A DNA stretch of 64,000 bases from Nanobdellota archaeon (GCA_018830525.1 JAHJSH010000035.1:5582-69581); one strand, 5' to 3'; shown: positions 50,543 to 59,749, counted from the first letter of the stretch. Notes: generated by a model not told the origin, from the letters alone. Numbers and translations are program-made.

Positions 50543-52363
50543 TTATTTTTTCTTCGCGTAGATGATTCCAACAATTACTAATATAATAATAACTATTCCG
50601 CCGATATACCACCAAACATTTGATTCTTCTGTAGTTACTGCTTCGTCTTCTCCCGTAGCAGCTTCACCAGCATCTTGTAATTCTCCTTCGCCTGCAACAG
50701 TGTCTTCTGTGATTAATTCATGAATAGATTTAACCGTAATGTTTGCCCTGTTATTCTCAATTGAGTTTAACTTTACTAAGATATCATAATAGTCATCATC
50801 TGAAACTTCAAATCTTCTTTCATCGCCGACTATTAATGTTGCTTGTTGGGGGTCTGAGGACACGTTTATCGTTGCTGTTGTAGCAGTTAATCCGACAACT
50901 CCGATATAATGATTTAAAGTTTCTACTTTTACTTTAACTCTTTGCCTTACCTGAAGTTCTTTTGTATAAGATTCTGCAAATTGTTCATCAGTAACTGTCT
51001 GTGTTCCTTTGGTCCAAAAGTTTGTGGTTGTTGTGCTTCCAGAGGATCCGCTACTACCACCACTTACATCATAAGATGCGGTACTGCTTGCCGTGTTGCT
51101 TGCGTAGTCTGTAACGCTACAAGTATAATAATAGGTTCCGGTAGAGGATGTTGAGGGTGTTGTTGTGGCAGAAGAGGATGCTACTCCAGAAGTTGCGTCT
51201 GCGGCAGTACAAGTACAGGTTACTACATCATTTAAATTTGCTGATGCAGGTGTACATGCGGCTGTAGCGGTAGGTGCAGTCGTATCTAGGGTAATCATCA
51301 TTGACTGAGTATAATTTTCATTTGTTGCACTATCGTTTACTGTAACATTGAAAGTATAATCTCCGTTTATTAATCCAGTCCAAGTAATGTTTCTTGATCC
51401 ATCAGTATATTGGGTGCTGTTAACTGATCCAGAACCATTATATAAGTTAAAGACAATCGTATCGTTGTATAATTCTGTAACTGATACATTTACGAAGATT
51501 GATGTAGCTGAAATATTTGAATTATTGACATACATTCCTCCGAGATAACTTATTGCTGGTGCAGTCGTATCTAATGTGATTGTCCTAGTTCCAGTTCCAG
51601 TTGTATTTACATTCCCTGCTGTATCATTTACAGTTGCGTTGATGTAATAGATACCGTCGACCAACCCAGTAAAGTTAATTTCAGCTAAATTTGTACTAAC
51701 CGTACTATTCAAAGGGCCTGATGAATTAAATAAGGAATATGTAACATTAGCTAAGGCTCCCCCGTAAGCCCCATCGGTGTCGTTTGCGGTAACATTAACA
51801 ATGATGTAATTTTGTGAAAGGTTTGCATATGCCCCTGAAGTATCTCCAGTGAACGAAATGTTGAAAGGTGCGGTTGTATCATTTATTTCTACTGAAATAT
51901 ATTGTGTTGTTACCGTCGTATTTGCCATTGTGACGTTAACTGTAAGATTATAAGTTCCGGGTGTTGTTGCTGAAGCGTTGAACCAAAATTGGGTTCCATC
52001 CCCGCCAATAGCTGTTTCGGTTCCGTTGATAAGGAACCAACCTGCTGTTTCATTTGCCCAACTTAATGTGGTCGTTGTATTTGTAAAGACTGCTACAGTT
52101 TCATTTTCTCCGACGCCTTGGGTTAAATCAATATATGTAAATGTTTCAGGGAGGGTGATGTTAACCATTGTGATGTTTGCGATTGCTCCTAGTTGAGTAT
52201 TGTTTACTGTGATGTTATATGTATTATTTATTGTTGTTTCGTTGAATGAAAATCCTAATCCATTTTCGTATGTTGATGGTGTTAGAACCTGAGCGAGGAC
52301 AAAAGATAGAGTTAAAACCAAAACTAATACTAATGATGACGAGATTACTTTTTTGTTTTCCAT
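50543..52363 (-). CDS. surface (S-layer-like) protein rich in N-x-S/T sequons with C-terminal TM anchor
   Basis: Signal peptide, dozens of N-x-T/S sites, Thr/Ser-rich linker. C-terminus WWYIGGIVIIILVIVGIIYAKKK. Confidence 0.6.
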   Translation of the reverse strand: MENKKVISSSLVLVLVLTLSFVLAQVLTPSTYENGLGFSFNETTINNTYNITVNNTQLGAIANITMVNITLPETFTYIDLTQGVGENETVAVFTNTTTTLSWANETAGWFLINGTETAIGGDGTQFWFNASATTPGTYNLTVNVTMANTTVTTQYISVEINDTTAPFNISFTGDTSGAYANLSQNYIIVNVTANDTDGAYGGALANVTYSLFNSSGPLNSTVSTNLAEINFTGLVDGIYYINATVNDTAGNVNTTGTGTRTITLDTTAPAISYLGGMYVNNSNISATSIFVNVSVTELYNDTIVFNLYNGSGSVNSTQYTDGSRNITWTGLINGDYTFNVTVNDSATNENYTQSMMITLDTTAPTATAACTPASANLNDVVTCTCTAADATSGVASSSATTTPSTSSTGTYYYTCSVTDYASNTASSTASYDVSGGSSGSSGSTTTTNFWTKGTQTVTDEQFAESYTKELQVRQRVKVKVETLNHYIGVVGLTATTATINVSSDPQQATLIVGDERRFEVSDDDYYDILVKLNSIENNRANITVKSIHELITEDTVAGEGELQDAGEAATGEDEAVTTEESNVWWYIGGIVIIILVIVGIIYAKKK

Positions 52364-52522
52364 ATCACTTCTTTGTTTTATGAGGAAGTTTTAGTTTATA
52401 AATGTTTATTTTTTGAATAGAAATCCCTCTAGCCAGTTTTTCACTTTATTTTATTTTTAAGAATTGTGTGGCGAAGTTAGGTTTATAATAAACTTTTTAT
52501 ACCTAGTTATCTATAAATTTAA

Positions 52523-54070
52523 ATGAAGGATAGAGGTTTTAGTAAAGTTTCGATTATTTTTCTAATAATAATCATTTCAATTGTTAGTGTTTCTGCAACA
52601 CAACAAGGGGCAAAGGTGGGAGATGCCTGTAGAGCCACTTTAGGAAAATTTGAGGGAGAAATAGGTGTTGTCGATAATATGTGGAATGGTGGTTTTAGAT
52701 GCATTAATTTAGGGGAGTGGAGCATATATGGTGGAACTGATGTATGGGTATTAGTGAATCCAGAAAGTATATGTTATGAAGGATATTACTTAAAAGATGA
52801 TTTGTGTTATTTAATAGATAATGAAGAAGACGATTGTGAAAATAATAAACTAGATTCGGGTGAAGAAGATGTAGATTGTGGAGGGGGTTGTCTTCCTTGT
52901 GATGATACCTGCTTTAATAAAAAACAAGATGATGACGAAGAAGGAATAGATTGTGGCGGGCCTTGCATGCAAAAATGTTCTTTTGATACCTCAATTAATC
53001 CCAGCTCTTCAATGTTAATTGCCAACGGAATAGACTCCCAAGAATTTATTTTAACTGCTAAAAGTGGTGGTTCTCCATTAAAAAATGAAAAATTTACAGT
53101 TTCTTTTTGGTTTCCGTTTAATAGTAAATTAATGGAAGATTACGGGAAAATTTCTCCCACAACTATTACAACTGATGAATCTGGGAAAGCACAATTTACT
53201 TATTATTCGCCAAGGGCTCCAGACGGAACATATTTGAAAAATCTCAATTTTGAACTTAGAGCTACCGGGAAGTCTGGAACAAAAACAACAATTAAGTTAT
53301 TGGATCCTAAACCCCAAATAAAAATAACCTTGAGTCAAGGAAGTATGCTTGAAGGTAATGAAATGAATTATGCCGATGTAGAAATAATTGATGAAGACAG
53401 TAGTGAATGGAGCATTAAAGTTACCACCAGTATAGGAACACTTATTCGTGGAGGGGGTGGAGAACACAAGACACTCCTTGATAAAACTAACACAAAAGCG
53501 TATAAGTTTAATTGGAATCCGCCAGCAAGTGCCGTTGAATTAATCGATGGAAATATGGAATATATAAAAGACCATAAAAATGATTGGAGTAGCTACACCT
53601 CTGGGTTGAAAAGTGATGCAGTCAATACGCTATCTGGGGAACTAACCGGTGATAAAATTGGTGGAGAAATAGAAAGTTATAAATCCCAATACAATACTTG
53701 GAATGGAAATGTTGAACAAATGCAAAGAGACGTAAATAGAATACGAACCTCTACATCTTCATATGAAACATTTCTAAGGAGTATAAGTTTTGGATTAGAA
53801 GGATTACAAGCATATTATGGGACAAAGGGATTCATGGATGACAAATTGGGGGGAGAGGATAGTTCATATCTTGAAAGCGTAAGAGACAAAACGATTGATT
53901 ACGGTGTCGATTCACTTCAGGCAGGATTAAGATATTGGGCTAATTTAGTGAGGGAAGGAAGCTTAGATACTGTTAGAATTCCAGTTCAAATAATTGTCGA
54001 AGTTACTGATGATGACGGGTTTACAACAAAAAGGAGCAAGGTGTTTCAATACACTTACCACATAGAATGA
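52523..54070 (+). CDS. secreted protein with two D.DCGG.C Cys modules
   Basis: Signal peptide. EEDVDCGGGCLPC and EEGIDCGGPCMQKC modules. Confidence 0.55.
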   Translation: MKDRGFSKVSIIFLIIIISIVSVSATQQGAKVGDACRATLGKFEGEIGVVDNMWNGGFRCINLGEWSIYGGTDVWVLVNPESICYEGYYLKDDLCYLIDNEEDDCENNKLDSGEEDVDCGGGCLPCDDTCFNKKQDDDEEGIDCGGPCMQKCSFDTSINPSSSMLIANGIDSQEFILTAKSGGSPLKNEKFTVSFWFPFNSKLMEDYGKISPTTITTDESGKAQFTYYSPRAPDGTYLKNLNFELRATGKSGTKTTIKLLDPKPQIKITLSQGSMLEGNEMNYADVEIIDEDSSEWSIKVTTSIGTLIRGGGGEHKTLLDKTNTKAYKFNWNPPASAVELIDGNMEYIKDHKNDWSSYTSGLKSDAVNTLSGELTGDKIGGEIESYKSQYNTWNGNVEQMQRDVNRIRTSTSSYETFLRSISFGLEGLQAYYGTKGFMDDKLGGEDSSYLESVRDKTIDYGVDSLQAGLRYWANLVREGSLDTVRIPVQIIVEVTDDDGFTTKRSKVFQYTYHIE

Positions 54071-54792
54071 AAAAAATAATACTTGGGCTAATAGTTGCAT
54101 TGTTTGTAATTAATTTCGTAGCTGCAACACCAACCGAGTCACTGCAACAATATTATGAGGCAGATAAAAACGAAAATATAGAAGGAATGCTCGCACTAAC
54201 TGATTTTTCCAATGTTGATTTAGATTTTAAAGAAGAAACAAGAAAAAGTTTAGTTGCATTAGCTGAAATTTTTGATACTAAATATTATGAAATAACTGAT
54301 GAACAAGAATATATCAGCGGAACTGATGCCCTGGTTTATTACCACTTAGAAACAGAGCTTGAAGACAACTCCGGGAAAAGTGCAGTTATCGAAGAAGATT
54401 TTGTTGCAGTCATGGTAAATAATGGTGGTTGGAAACTTGTATATATGCAACTTAAAAATGCGTTTGAACAAAATATGATGTTAAGACAAGCTACAATCTC
54501 TATGGGTGATGATTATATCCCTGAAATTGATTTTTCTGGAACCGATGAAGGAACATCCGAAGGAAGTAGTAGTGATGAATCTCAAACACAAGATATGATT
54601 TTTGGATTAATAGCAATAGCATTTATGTTACTTTTTGTGTTTGCTATTTGGATGTTCTTTGATTGTATATTTAGAAAAAATATCAGCAAAAAATTTCTTT
54701 GGTTATTAGGTCTATTGATTTTTTGGGTTATTGTGCCAATAATATATTTCTTCACCGCAAGGAAAAATTCTAAAAACATGAATAAAAAATAA
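54067..54792 (+). CDS. secreted protein with C-terminal PLDc_N-like membrane domain
   Basis: ATGA overlap. The C-terminal two-helix segment FAIWMFFDCIFRK...WVIVPIIYFFTARK resembles the PLD-nuclease N-terminal domain. Confidence 0.5.
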   Translation: MKKIILGLIVALFVINFVAATPTESLQQYYEADKNENIEGMLALTDFSNVDLDFKEETRKSLVALAEIFDTKYYEITDEQEYISGTDALVYYHLETELEDNSGKSAVIEEDFVAVMVNNGGWKLVYMQLKNAFEQNMMLRQATISMGDDYIPEIDFSGTDEGTSEGSSSDESQTQDMIFGLIAIAFMLLFVFAIWMFFDCIFRKNISKKFLWLLGLLIFWVIVPIIYFFTARKNSKNMNKK

Positions 54793-54807
54793 ATCTTTAG
54801 AATAAAA

Positions 54808-54820
54808 ATCCCCCCACCCG
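54808..54820 (-). repeat. copy of the tRNA-Tyr 3' end (att-like 13-mer)
   Basis: atccccccacccg. The first 12 nt are identical to 56589-56600 at the tRNA-Tyr 3' end. Confidence 0.6.
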
Positions 54821-55141
54821 CTAATGGGCCAGTGTGGTCCTTTCAATGAGTATCTTTTTTAATTGAGCCAGTTTATTTTATCGTTGCTGTTCTAAGACTG
54901 CCAGACTTTTTAAGTATTGTCGAGGTTGAGTATATCCTTTCTTCTTTTCCTCTTGCGGGTACACCTTCAGGTGCCGTTCTTCCAAAAATCATTTCATAAG
55001 TAAAATTAGCTCGTTTCTCCTTTAGTTGTTGAAACTTATTCGCTCCACGGGAGTACCCCGAAAAATATTTTTTGAAATATTTTTACTAGGGGCAAGAATT
55101 CGGTTTTTAACTTAATAAGATTCCATACCTGATTGCCTTCG

Positions 55142-55687
55142 CTATAACTTCACATCTTCTATAAACTTTTCATCTATCTTTAATGTTTTGGAGGCTACTT
55201 TCTTGAGATGATAAGAAATAGATTTCTCATTTCCAATCGCTACGTAAATAACCGTTTTATTAAATCTTTCAATTGAAGCCGTTACTGCTCCAGAGAAATC
55301 TCCATCATTTGAAATCAGATAAGCTTTATCATAAATATCTGCTTGAGCATCTAAAACTATATCTAGGGCCAAATTAACATCTGTGGCTTTTTCTACATAA
55401 TACGTTTCTCCATCTCTTTTCCTTTTTTCTAATCTTCCAAAGATAATATTTAAATTCTTAATCTCTCTCAATTTATCAAAGAAACTTTGTTGTTGTGCAT
55501 ACATTTCTGGGTTGCTAAACTGTTCGACAGGAGCAATATAATAATTTATTTTTATCAGATTGTCTTTATTAACCATCTTTTTACAAAACTTTTCGATGTC
55601 TATTTTACAGTTGAATCGATTTTTAATTGAGAAATAAAAGTTACTTCCATCAATATAAACGGCAATTTTTCTCTTTTCAGAATTCAT
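55142..55687 (-). CDS. NYN (LabA/DUF88-like) domain protein
   Basis: IAVYIDGSNFY ... KATDVNLALDIV ... LISNDGDFSGAV matches the NYN acidic motifs. Confidence 0.8.
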   Translation of the reverse strand: MNSEKRKIAVYIDGSNFYFSIKNRFNCKIDIEKFCKKMVNKDNLIKINYYIAPVEQFSNPEMYAQQQSFFDKLREIKNLNIIFGRLEKRKRDGETYYVEKATDVNLALDIVLDAQADIYDKAYLISNDGDFSGAVTASIERFNKTVIYVAIGNEKSISYHLKKVASKTLKIDEKFIEDVKL

Positions 55688-55701
55688 GTTAAAATAAAAA
55701 T

Positions 55702-55725
55702 CATAGGATCCTTGCAGATCCTATG
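55702..55725. promoter_or_regulatory. perfect 9-bp palindrome in the NYN gene leader
   Basis: cataggatc-cttgca-gatcctatg, between the TATA (about 55760) and ATG 55687. Confidence 0.4.
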
Positions 55726-55827
55726 GACTTAATTAATAGTAATAGCAATTAAAGGTTTATAAGTTTTGTCATCAAATAGTTCAATCCCGGGATTTTAGAA
55801 AAAGTAGTTTTATCGACCGTAAAATTT

Positions 55828-55840
55828 ATCCCCCCACCCG
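55828..55840 (-). repeat. copy of the tRNA-Tyr 3' end (att-like 13-mer)
   Basis: atccccccacccg, identical to 54808-54820. Confidence 0.6.
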
Positions 55841-55971
55841 TAATATAGTAAAAGTATTACCTTTTAGAAAATTTCCTATTTTTACACTAATTTAGAACTA
55901 CGAGACATTTATTTATAAGATAAAATTTTGTGCGACCAAACTCTTAAATAATCTCTTAACAAAAAAGTTAT

Positions 55972-56283
55972 ATGGTTTACGCTGTTTATGGAACAGAAAC
56001 ATTTGAAAAAGAGTTTGAGAAACTGGGAAAAGACTATCAAGACTCTATCAAAAAAATATTTTTGCAATTAAAAGAAAATTCTTATGTGGGGGACCCTATA
56101 AGATATAAATTCTTTAGAGAAAAGCGAGTAAAAGAAAAACGAATTTATTATATTGTTTATGAAGAATTTTCTTCTATTCTTGTTGTTGCAGTTGAAGGTA
56201 AAAAAGCACAACAAGATACAATCAATGAAATAATAAAACTGCTTCCCGAATTTAAAATCTATATGAAAGAATTATTAAGCTAA
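55972..56283 (+). CDS. RelE/ParE-like toxin
   Basis: 103 aa. ...FEKEFEKL.KDYQDSIKKIFLQLKENSYVGDPI...KRIYYIVYEE..ILVVAV fits the RelE-fold pattern. Confidence 0.55.
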   Translation: MVYAVYGTETFEKEFEKLGKDYQDSIKKIFLQLKENSYVGDPIRYKFFREKRVKEKRIYYIVYEEFSSILVVAVEGKKAQQDTINEIIKLLPEFKIYMKELLS

Positions 56284-56481
56284 TCTTCTTACTTTTTTGG
56301 ATTTTAAGTCAAGTAAACTTTTTTTAAATTGTCCAATTAAATCTGTATCTATTTTCTTTATTACAATCATTCCGTTTAAACTTTCCATTCCAACAATCGA
56401 ACCTTCATTTAAATCTAGTTCTTGTCTAATTGCCTGAGGTATTACAAGCTGTCCTCTTGAACTTATTTTTGACATTTCCAT
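56275..56481 (-). CDS. AbrB/SpoVT(MazE)-type antitoxin-like DNA-binding protein
   Basis: SSRGQLVIPQAIRQELDLNEGSIV is the swapped-hairpin signature. Confidence 0.7.
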   Translation of the reverse strand: MEMSKISSRGQLVIPQAIRQELDLNEGSIVGMESLNGMIVIKKIDTDLIGQFKKSLLDLKSKKVRRLA

Positions 56482-56589
56482 GTAAGAAAGTAAGATTATC
56501 TTATTTATAAGGTTTTTGGTTTTCTTAGATAAATCTTTCTACTGTATTCAATACAAATAATACTCATTAGATATGCCAAGAAGGGGTCA

Positions 56590-56660
56590 TCCCCCCACCC
56601 AGAATCGAACTGGGCCACAGCGGGCTACAACCGCCTGCTCTACCAATGAGCTATGGGAGG
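56590..56660 (-). tRNA. tRNA-Tyr(GUA): tRNA-Tyr (anticodon GUA), archaeal type
   Basis: CCTCCCA-TA-GCTC-ATTGGTA-GAGC-A-GGCGG-TTGTAGC-CCGCT-GTGG-CCCAG-TTCGATT-CTGGG-TGGGGGG-A. C1-G72 pair and short variable loop are archaeal/eukaryal Tyr features. Confidence 0.9.
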
Positions 56661-56707
56661 ACAAAATATCAGAGAGAAATTTGTTTATAAAGTTTTAGAT
56701 GGGGATT

Positions 56708-57229
56708 TTATTCTAACTCTTTCCCAGCGATATCTTGGTGGCCTTTTTCTGCGTGGATTAATGCAGTGTAGAAATTTTTGAGGTTTTTGCTTATGGCGTT
56801 CTTGAGAAATCCTTGATACTTTTTGATTGCTTCAGTTTCTAATTCCTTTGTTCTTTCGAGGTCTTTTTCGAATGAGCCTTTAGATGTTTCTCCCTTAAAT
56901 TCAGGTAATTCTATTCCGAGGAATTTCACAGCCATTTCTGCATGTTCTTGTTCAACTCTCGCTAGTTGTTTGAATAATCTGTTTGGCTTGGAATATTTTT
57001 CGTTTGTTTTGACTACATCGAGATAATATGCTGTGGCGTTAATTTCTAAATCTAGCGTTTCTTGCATGTCGCTTTTTTCTTGTTCGCTAAGTTCGGTTTT
57101 CCATAATTCGGTGAATTCTTCTACAGATTTGATGTAATTTTTTGGTGCTCCACAGAAAGGGCAATCGTCTGGAGCTTTGCCACCCAGATAAGGTTCTCCG
57201 CATATTTTACAAACAAATAATTCTACCAT
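56708..57229 (-). CDS. rubrerythrin-family protein (N-terminal rubredoxin-like CxxC pairs plus ferritin-like domain)
   Basis: CKICG...CPFCG, then the E..H diiron motifs EQEHAEMA and HAEKGH. Start moved to Met26. Confidence 0.8.
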   Translation of the reverse strand: MVELFVCKICGEPYLGGKAPDDCPFCGAPKNYIKSVEEFTELWKTELSEQEKSDMQETLDLEINATAYYLDVVKTNEKYSKPNRLFKQLARVEQEHAEMAVKFLGIELPEFKGETSKGSFEKDLERTKELETEAIKKYQGFLKNAISKNLKNFYTALIHAEKGHQDIAGKELE

Positions 57230-57302
57230 GATATTGATTGGAAAACGGGCTTTAATAATTTTTGGATAGATATTTATAATTGTTCTATCTGGGAATTGTG
57301 TC

Positions 57303-57626
57303 ATGGGACGATTAAGGGATAAGGTGTTTATCGCGTTGGGTTTGGGTTCTGTTTATCTGGGGGTGGATGGTTTGGTCTATGCTTGTGGAAATAATCTGGA
57401 TTTAAGGGGGGCGTGCGGTATAGTTAAGACGGCTTTTGATGGGTATATAGATATATTGACCAACCCACATAATGGGGACATCTTAAATTCTGTCAGGGAT
57501 AACATTACCTCTATTCCGGAATTATGGTCTTCGATAAATTATCTGACCGCGGTTCCGAACATCGTGACAGGTCTTGGGCTTGTGACATTGGGGGGCTATC
57601 ATATATATAAGAGTAGGAAAGGTTAA
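57303..57626 (+). CDS. hypothetical membrane protein
   Basis: 107 aa. TATTTATAAT about 28 nt upstream. Confidence 0.4.
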   Translation: MGRLRDKVFIALGLGSVYLGVDGLVYACGNNLDLRGACGIVKTAFDGYIDILTNPHNGDILNSVRDNITSIPELWSSINYLTAVPNIVTGLGLVTLGGYHIYKSRKG

Positions 57627-57661
57627 GAAAGATATTTATAACGATTTTATTTTGGTTGTTT

Positions 57662-58396
57662 ATGAGAGTTGCAATTTATAATCAAATGTTTGCCTTGAAT
57701 GGGAATAGTTTTTGGGCTACGGTGATGGGACATTGGGCGGTTCATTATCAGGCGAATCCAAAAGAGGTTTGGGCGAGGACGGATATATCTAAGACTGCAG
57801 AGACTATTGCGGAATCGAAAGCAGATATTATCGGAGTTATTGAAGTTTTGGAAGGTCAGGAAAAAGAGTTGATAAAAAAGTTGAGAAAAATAGGATATAA
57901 ATATTTTTATTTTGGGAAGGGCCATAAAACAAAATACAATAAACTTTATGTTCAGGAATTGGTGGCTTCGAAGATTAAGGGGGAGCAAAAAGAAACGGGG
58001 GAATGGCCGGTTGAGCATAGGTTGGGAGGTGGCGGAGGTTTTGTCCATATTTATTATCCTGAAAAGAAATTTCATTTGACACTAGTTCATTTAGGTTTAG
58101 CTTCTAGGAAATATCATTCAGATCAGATCAAATTTTTAAAAGATTATTTAAGCAAATTAAAGGGTAAGAAAATTATCTTGGGCGACTTTAATATTTCTTA
58201 TAAGAAGTTGGAACCATTTCTTCCAGATTTTAATCTTGTTCCCCAAGAAATCAAAAGTTGTAGTACTACACCGATTATGAAATGGTTTTACAATAGGGAT
58301 GTCGATCATATTTTGGTTCGAGGCTTTGATTCTGTAGGGTGTGAAAGTTTATATGGAGTTTCTGATCATAAGTTAATTTATGCTGATTTGAAATAA
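57662..58396 (+). CDS. endonuclease/exonuclease/phosphatase (EEP) family protein
   Basis: ADIIGVIEV, LGDFNIS and SDHKLIYADL motifs. ATG 57662 lies about 25 nt after ATTTATAA. Confidence 0.7.
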   Translation: MRVAIYNQMFALNGNSFWATVMGHWAVHYQANPKEVWARTDISKTAETIAESKADIIGVIEVLEGQEKELIKKLRKIGYKYFYFGKGHKTKYNKLYVQELVASKIKGEQKETGEWPVEHRLGGGGGFVHIYYPEKKFHLTLVHLGLASRKYHSDQIKFLKDYLSKLKGKKIILGDFNISYKKLEPFLPDFNLVPQEIKSCSTTPIMKWFYNRDVDHILVRGFDSVGCESLYGVSDHKLIYADLK

Positions 58397-58438
58397 GGAT
58401 AGGCTTAAAAAGTCATTTTGATAAGTTATTTTATCAGG

Positions 58439-58458
58439 CCCTCAACTTCGGTTGAGGG
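58439..58458 (+). terminator. 8-bp hairpin with UUCG tetraloop downstream of the EEP gene
   Basis: ccctcaac-ttcg-gttgaggg. Confidence 0.4.
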
Positions 58459-58721
58459 TTCGATCCCTATTTATAAAAAGAAGAGATAAAGCATATCTTG
58501 GAAAATTTGCTGAATCTGTTGTCAAAAGCTTTAGCCGAAAACTTATTGTCACGCCCCATATTATTCAGAGGGGAATGGGCATTACAAGCTCCCAAACTGC
58601 AAGAGAGGTTTTGACAGGATTATACGATAAAAAGATTTTGTTGAAGACCGGAAGAGGAACTGTTTATTATATTAATCCTAATCCACCGAGTGCGTTGTCG
58701 CCTTATTTTTCGCAATTTTAG
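58452..58721 (+). CDS. possible winged-helix protein, start unresolved
   Basis: The ORF-track start is a TTG inside the hairpin. A TATA at 58469 suggests a later start, but the first in-frame ATG is at 58575. Confidence 0.3.
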   Translation: MRVRSLFIKRRDKAYLGKFAESVVKSFSRKLIVTPHIIQRGMGITSSQTAREVLTGLYDKKILLKTGRGTVYYINPNPPSALSPYFSQF

Positions 58722-58849
58722 AATATCCAAATCCATCCGGCGACTACTGCTATGATTATCGCTAAGCTCCACAAAACCCATTTTGCTATTTTTAAGCCTA
58801 CGATGAAAAGAATTACTGCGAGGATTATTGCCCAAATGCTCCATTCCAT
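58718..58849 (-). CDS. 43-aa membrane peptide (below the ORF-track cutoff)
   Basis: MEWSIWAIILAVILFIVGLKIAKWVLWSLAIIIAVVAGWIWIF. Preferred over the overlapping 58620..58844 frame. Confidence 0.3.
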   Translation of the reverse strand: MEWSIWAIILAVILFIVGLKIAKWVLWSLAIIIAVVAGWIWIF

Positions 58850-58864
58850 TATTTTTTAAAATTT

Positions 58865-59125
58865 CTACTTCAAAACTTTTTTTGTTATGTTTTGTGCAGA
58901 ACTTACAACTATTTTATTAGTATTGCTAACTCCTTTGACAACTGCTTTTTCAAAATTTGTTGCAGAAATTACTCCAGCTTTTGTAAGTTTTTTTGCCTCT
59001 TTTAAAACATTTGAAGTTCCTTTTACTAATGTTTTACCAGTAAATCCAACAGTCTTAAGAATAGACTTAACCTTTGAAGCAGAATACTCCACCATCTTAC
59101 CACTTTTTTTCTTAACTTTTACCAT
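58865..59125 (-). CDS. small basic protein, weak ATP-cone-like N-terminus
   Basis: GGGAGGTTAAAA before the ATG. MVKVKKKSGKMVEYSASKVKSIL... Confidence 0.4.
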   Translation of the reverse strand: MVKVKKKSGKMVEYSASKVKSILKTVGFTGKTLVKGTSNVLKEAKKLTKAGVISATNFEKAVVKGVSNTNKIVVSSAQNITKKVLK

Positions 59126-59242
59126 TTTTAACCTCCCTTGTAAATTTATCTCTAAATATTTCCTTCCCGATTGTAGATTACTTGGGATTGGGTTCCCCTT
59201 TCATTAAGATTTAATGGTAATTAAGGTTTAAGTAATTTTCTG

Positions 59243-59719
59243 TTAGATGAAATTGGTTGCAATGAATCTTCCGACGAAATACGTTATCACGATTACGACT
59301 ACGGCGATTAGGAGATGTTCTCCGATGACTAGCCAAGGATTTTCTTTCTTTGATTTTGCCAGATAATAATTAAAAATTATTAGCAAGAAGAATCCCCAAA
59401 TGATATTTATTGTTACTGCTAGAGATAAATTGAAAATTATCAATGGTATTAGGAACGACGATGCGATTATTAATTTTGTAAAGAATGTCGCGAGGGTTGC
59501 TTCCCAAACTGCCTTATGTCCGTTTCGATGGCTTGTTTCTTCGGAGATGTGGATTCCTAAAGCGTCGGAGAAAGCGTCGGCGATTGCGATTGTTAGAATT
59601 CCCCCGATAACCACAAGTTTTATCCCGGTCCCAGTATTTAATCCGACCATCAAACCTAAGGTTGTAATTATTCCAGAGGTTAATCCAAATGATATCCCTG
59701 TTTTTATCGATTCTCTCAT
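59243..59719 (-). CDS. VIT1/CCC1-family membrane domain protein
   Basis: GISFGLTSGIITTLGLMVGL ... AIADAFSDALG pattern and 5 TM helices. Confidence 0.6.
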   Translation of the reverse strand: MRESIKTGISFGLTSGIITTLGLMVGLNTGTGIKLVVIGGILTIAIADAFSDALGIHISEETSHRNGHKAVWEATLATFFTKLIIASSFLIPLIIFNLSLAVTINIIWGFFLLIIFNYYLAKSKKENPWLVIGEHLLIAVVVIVITYFVGRFIATNFI

Positions 59720-59749
59720 AGGGGTTTTAGGTTTATGATATTTATAAGT

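Noticed and set aside
58451-58470. T-arm-like string gagggttcgatccct, suggesting a tRNA or tRNA fragment.
   Set aside because: No acceptor, D or anticodon arms can be built. The 5' part is already engaged in a perfect UUCG hairpin that looks like a terminator.
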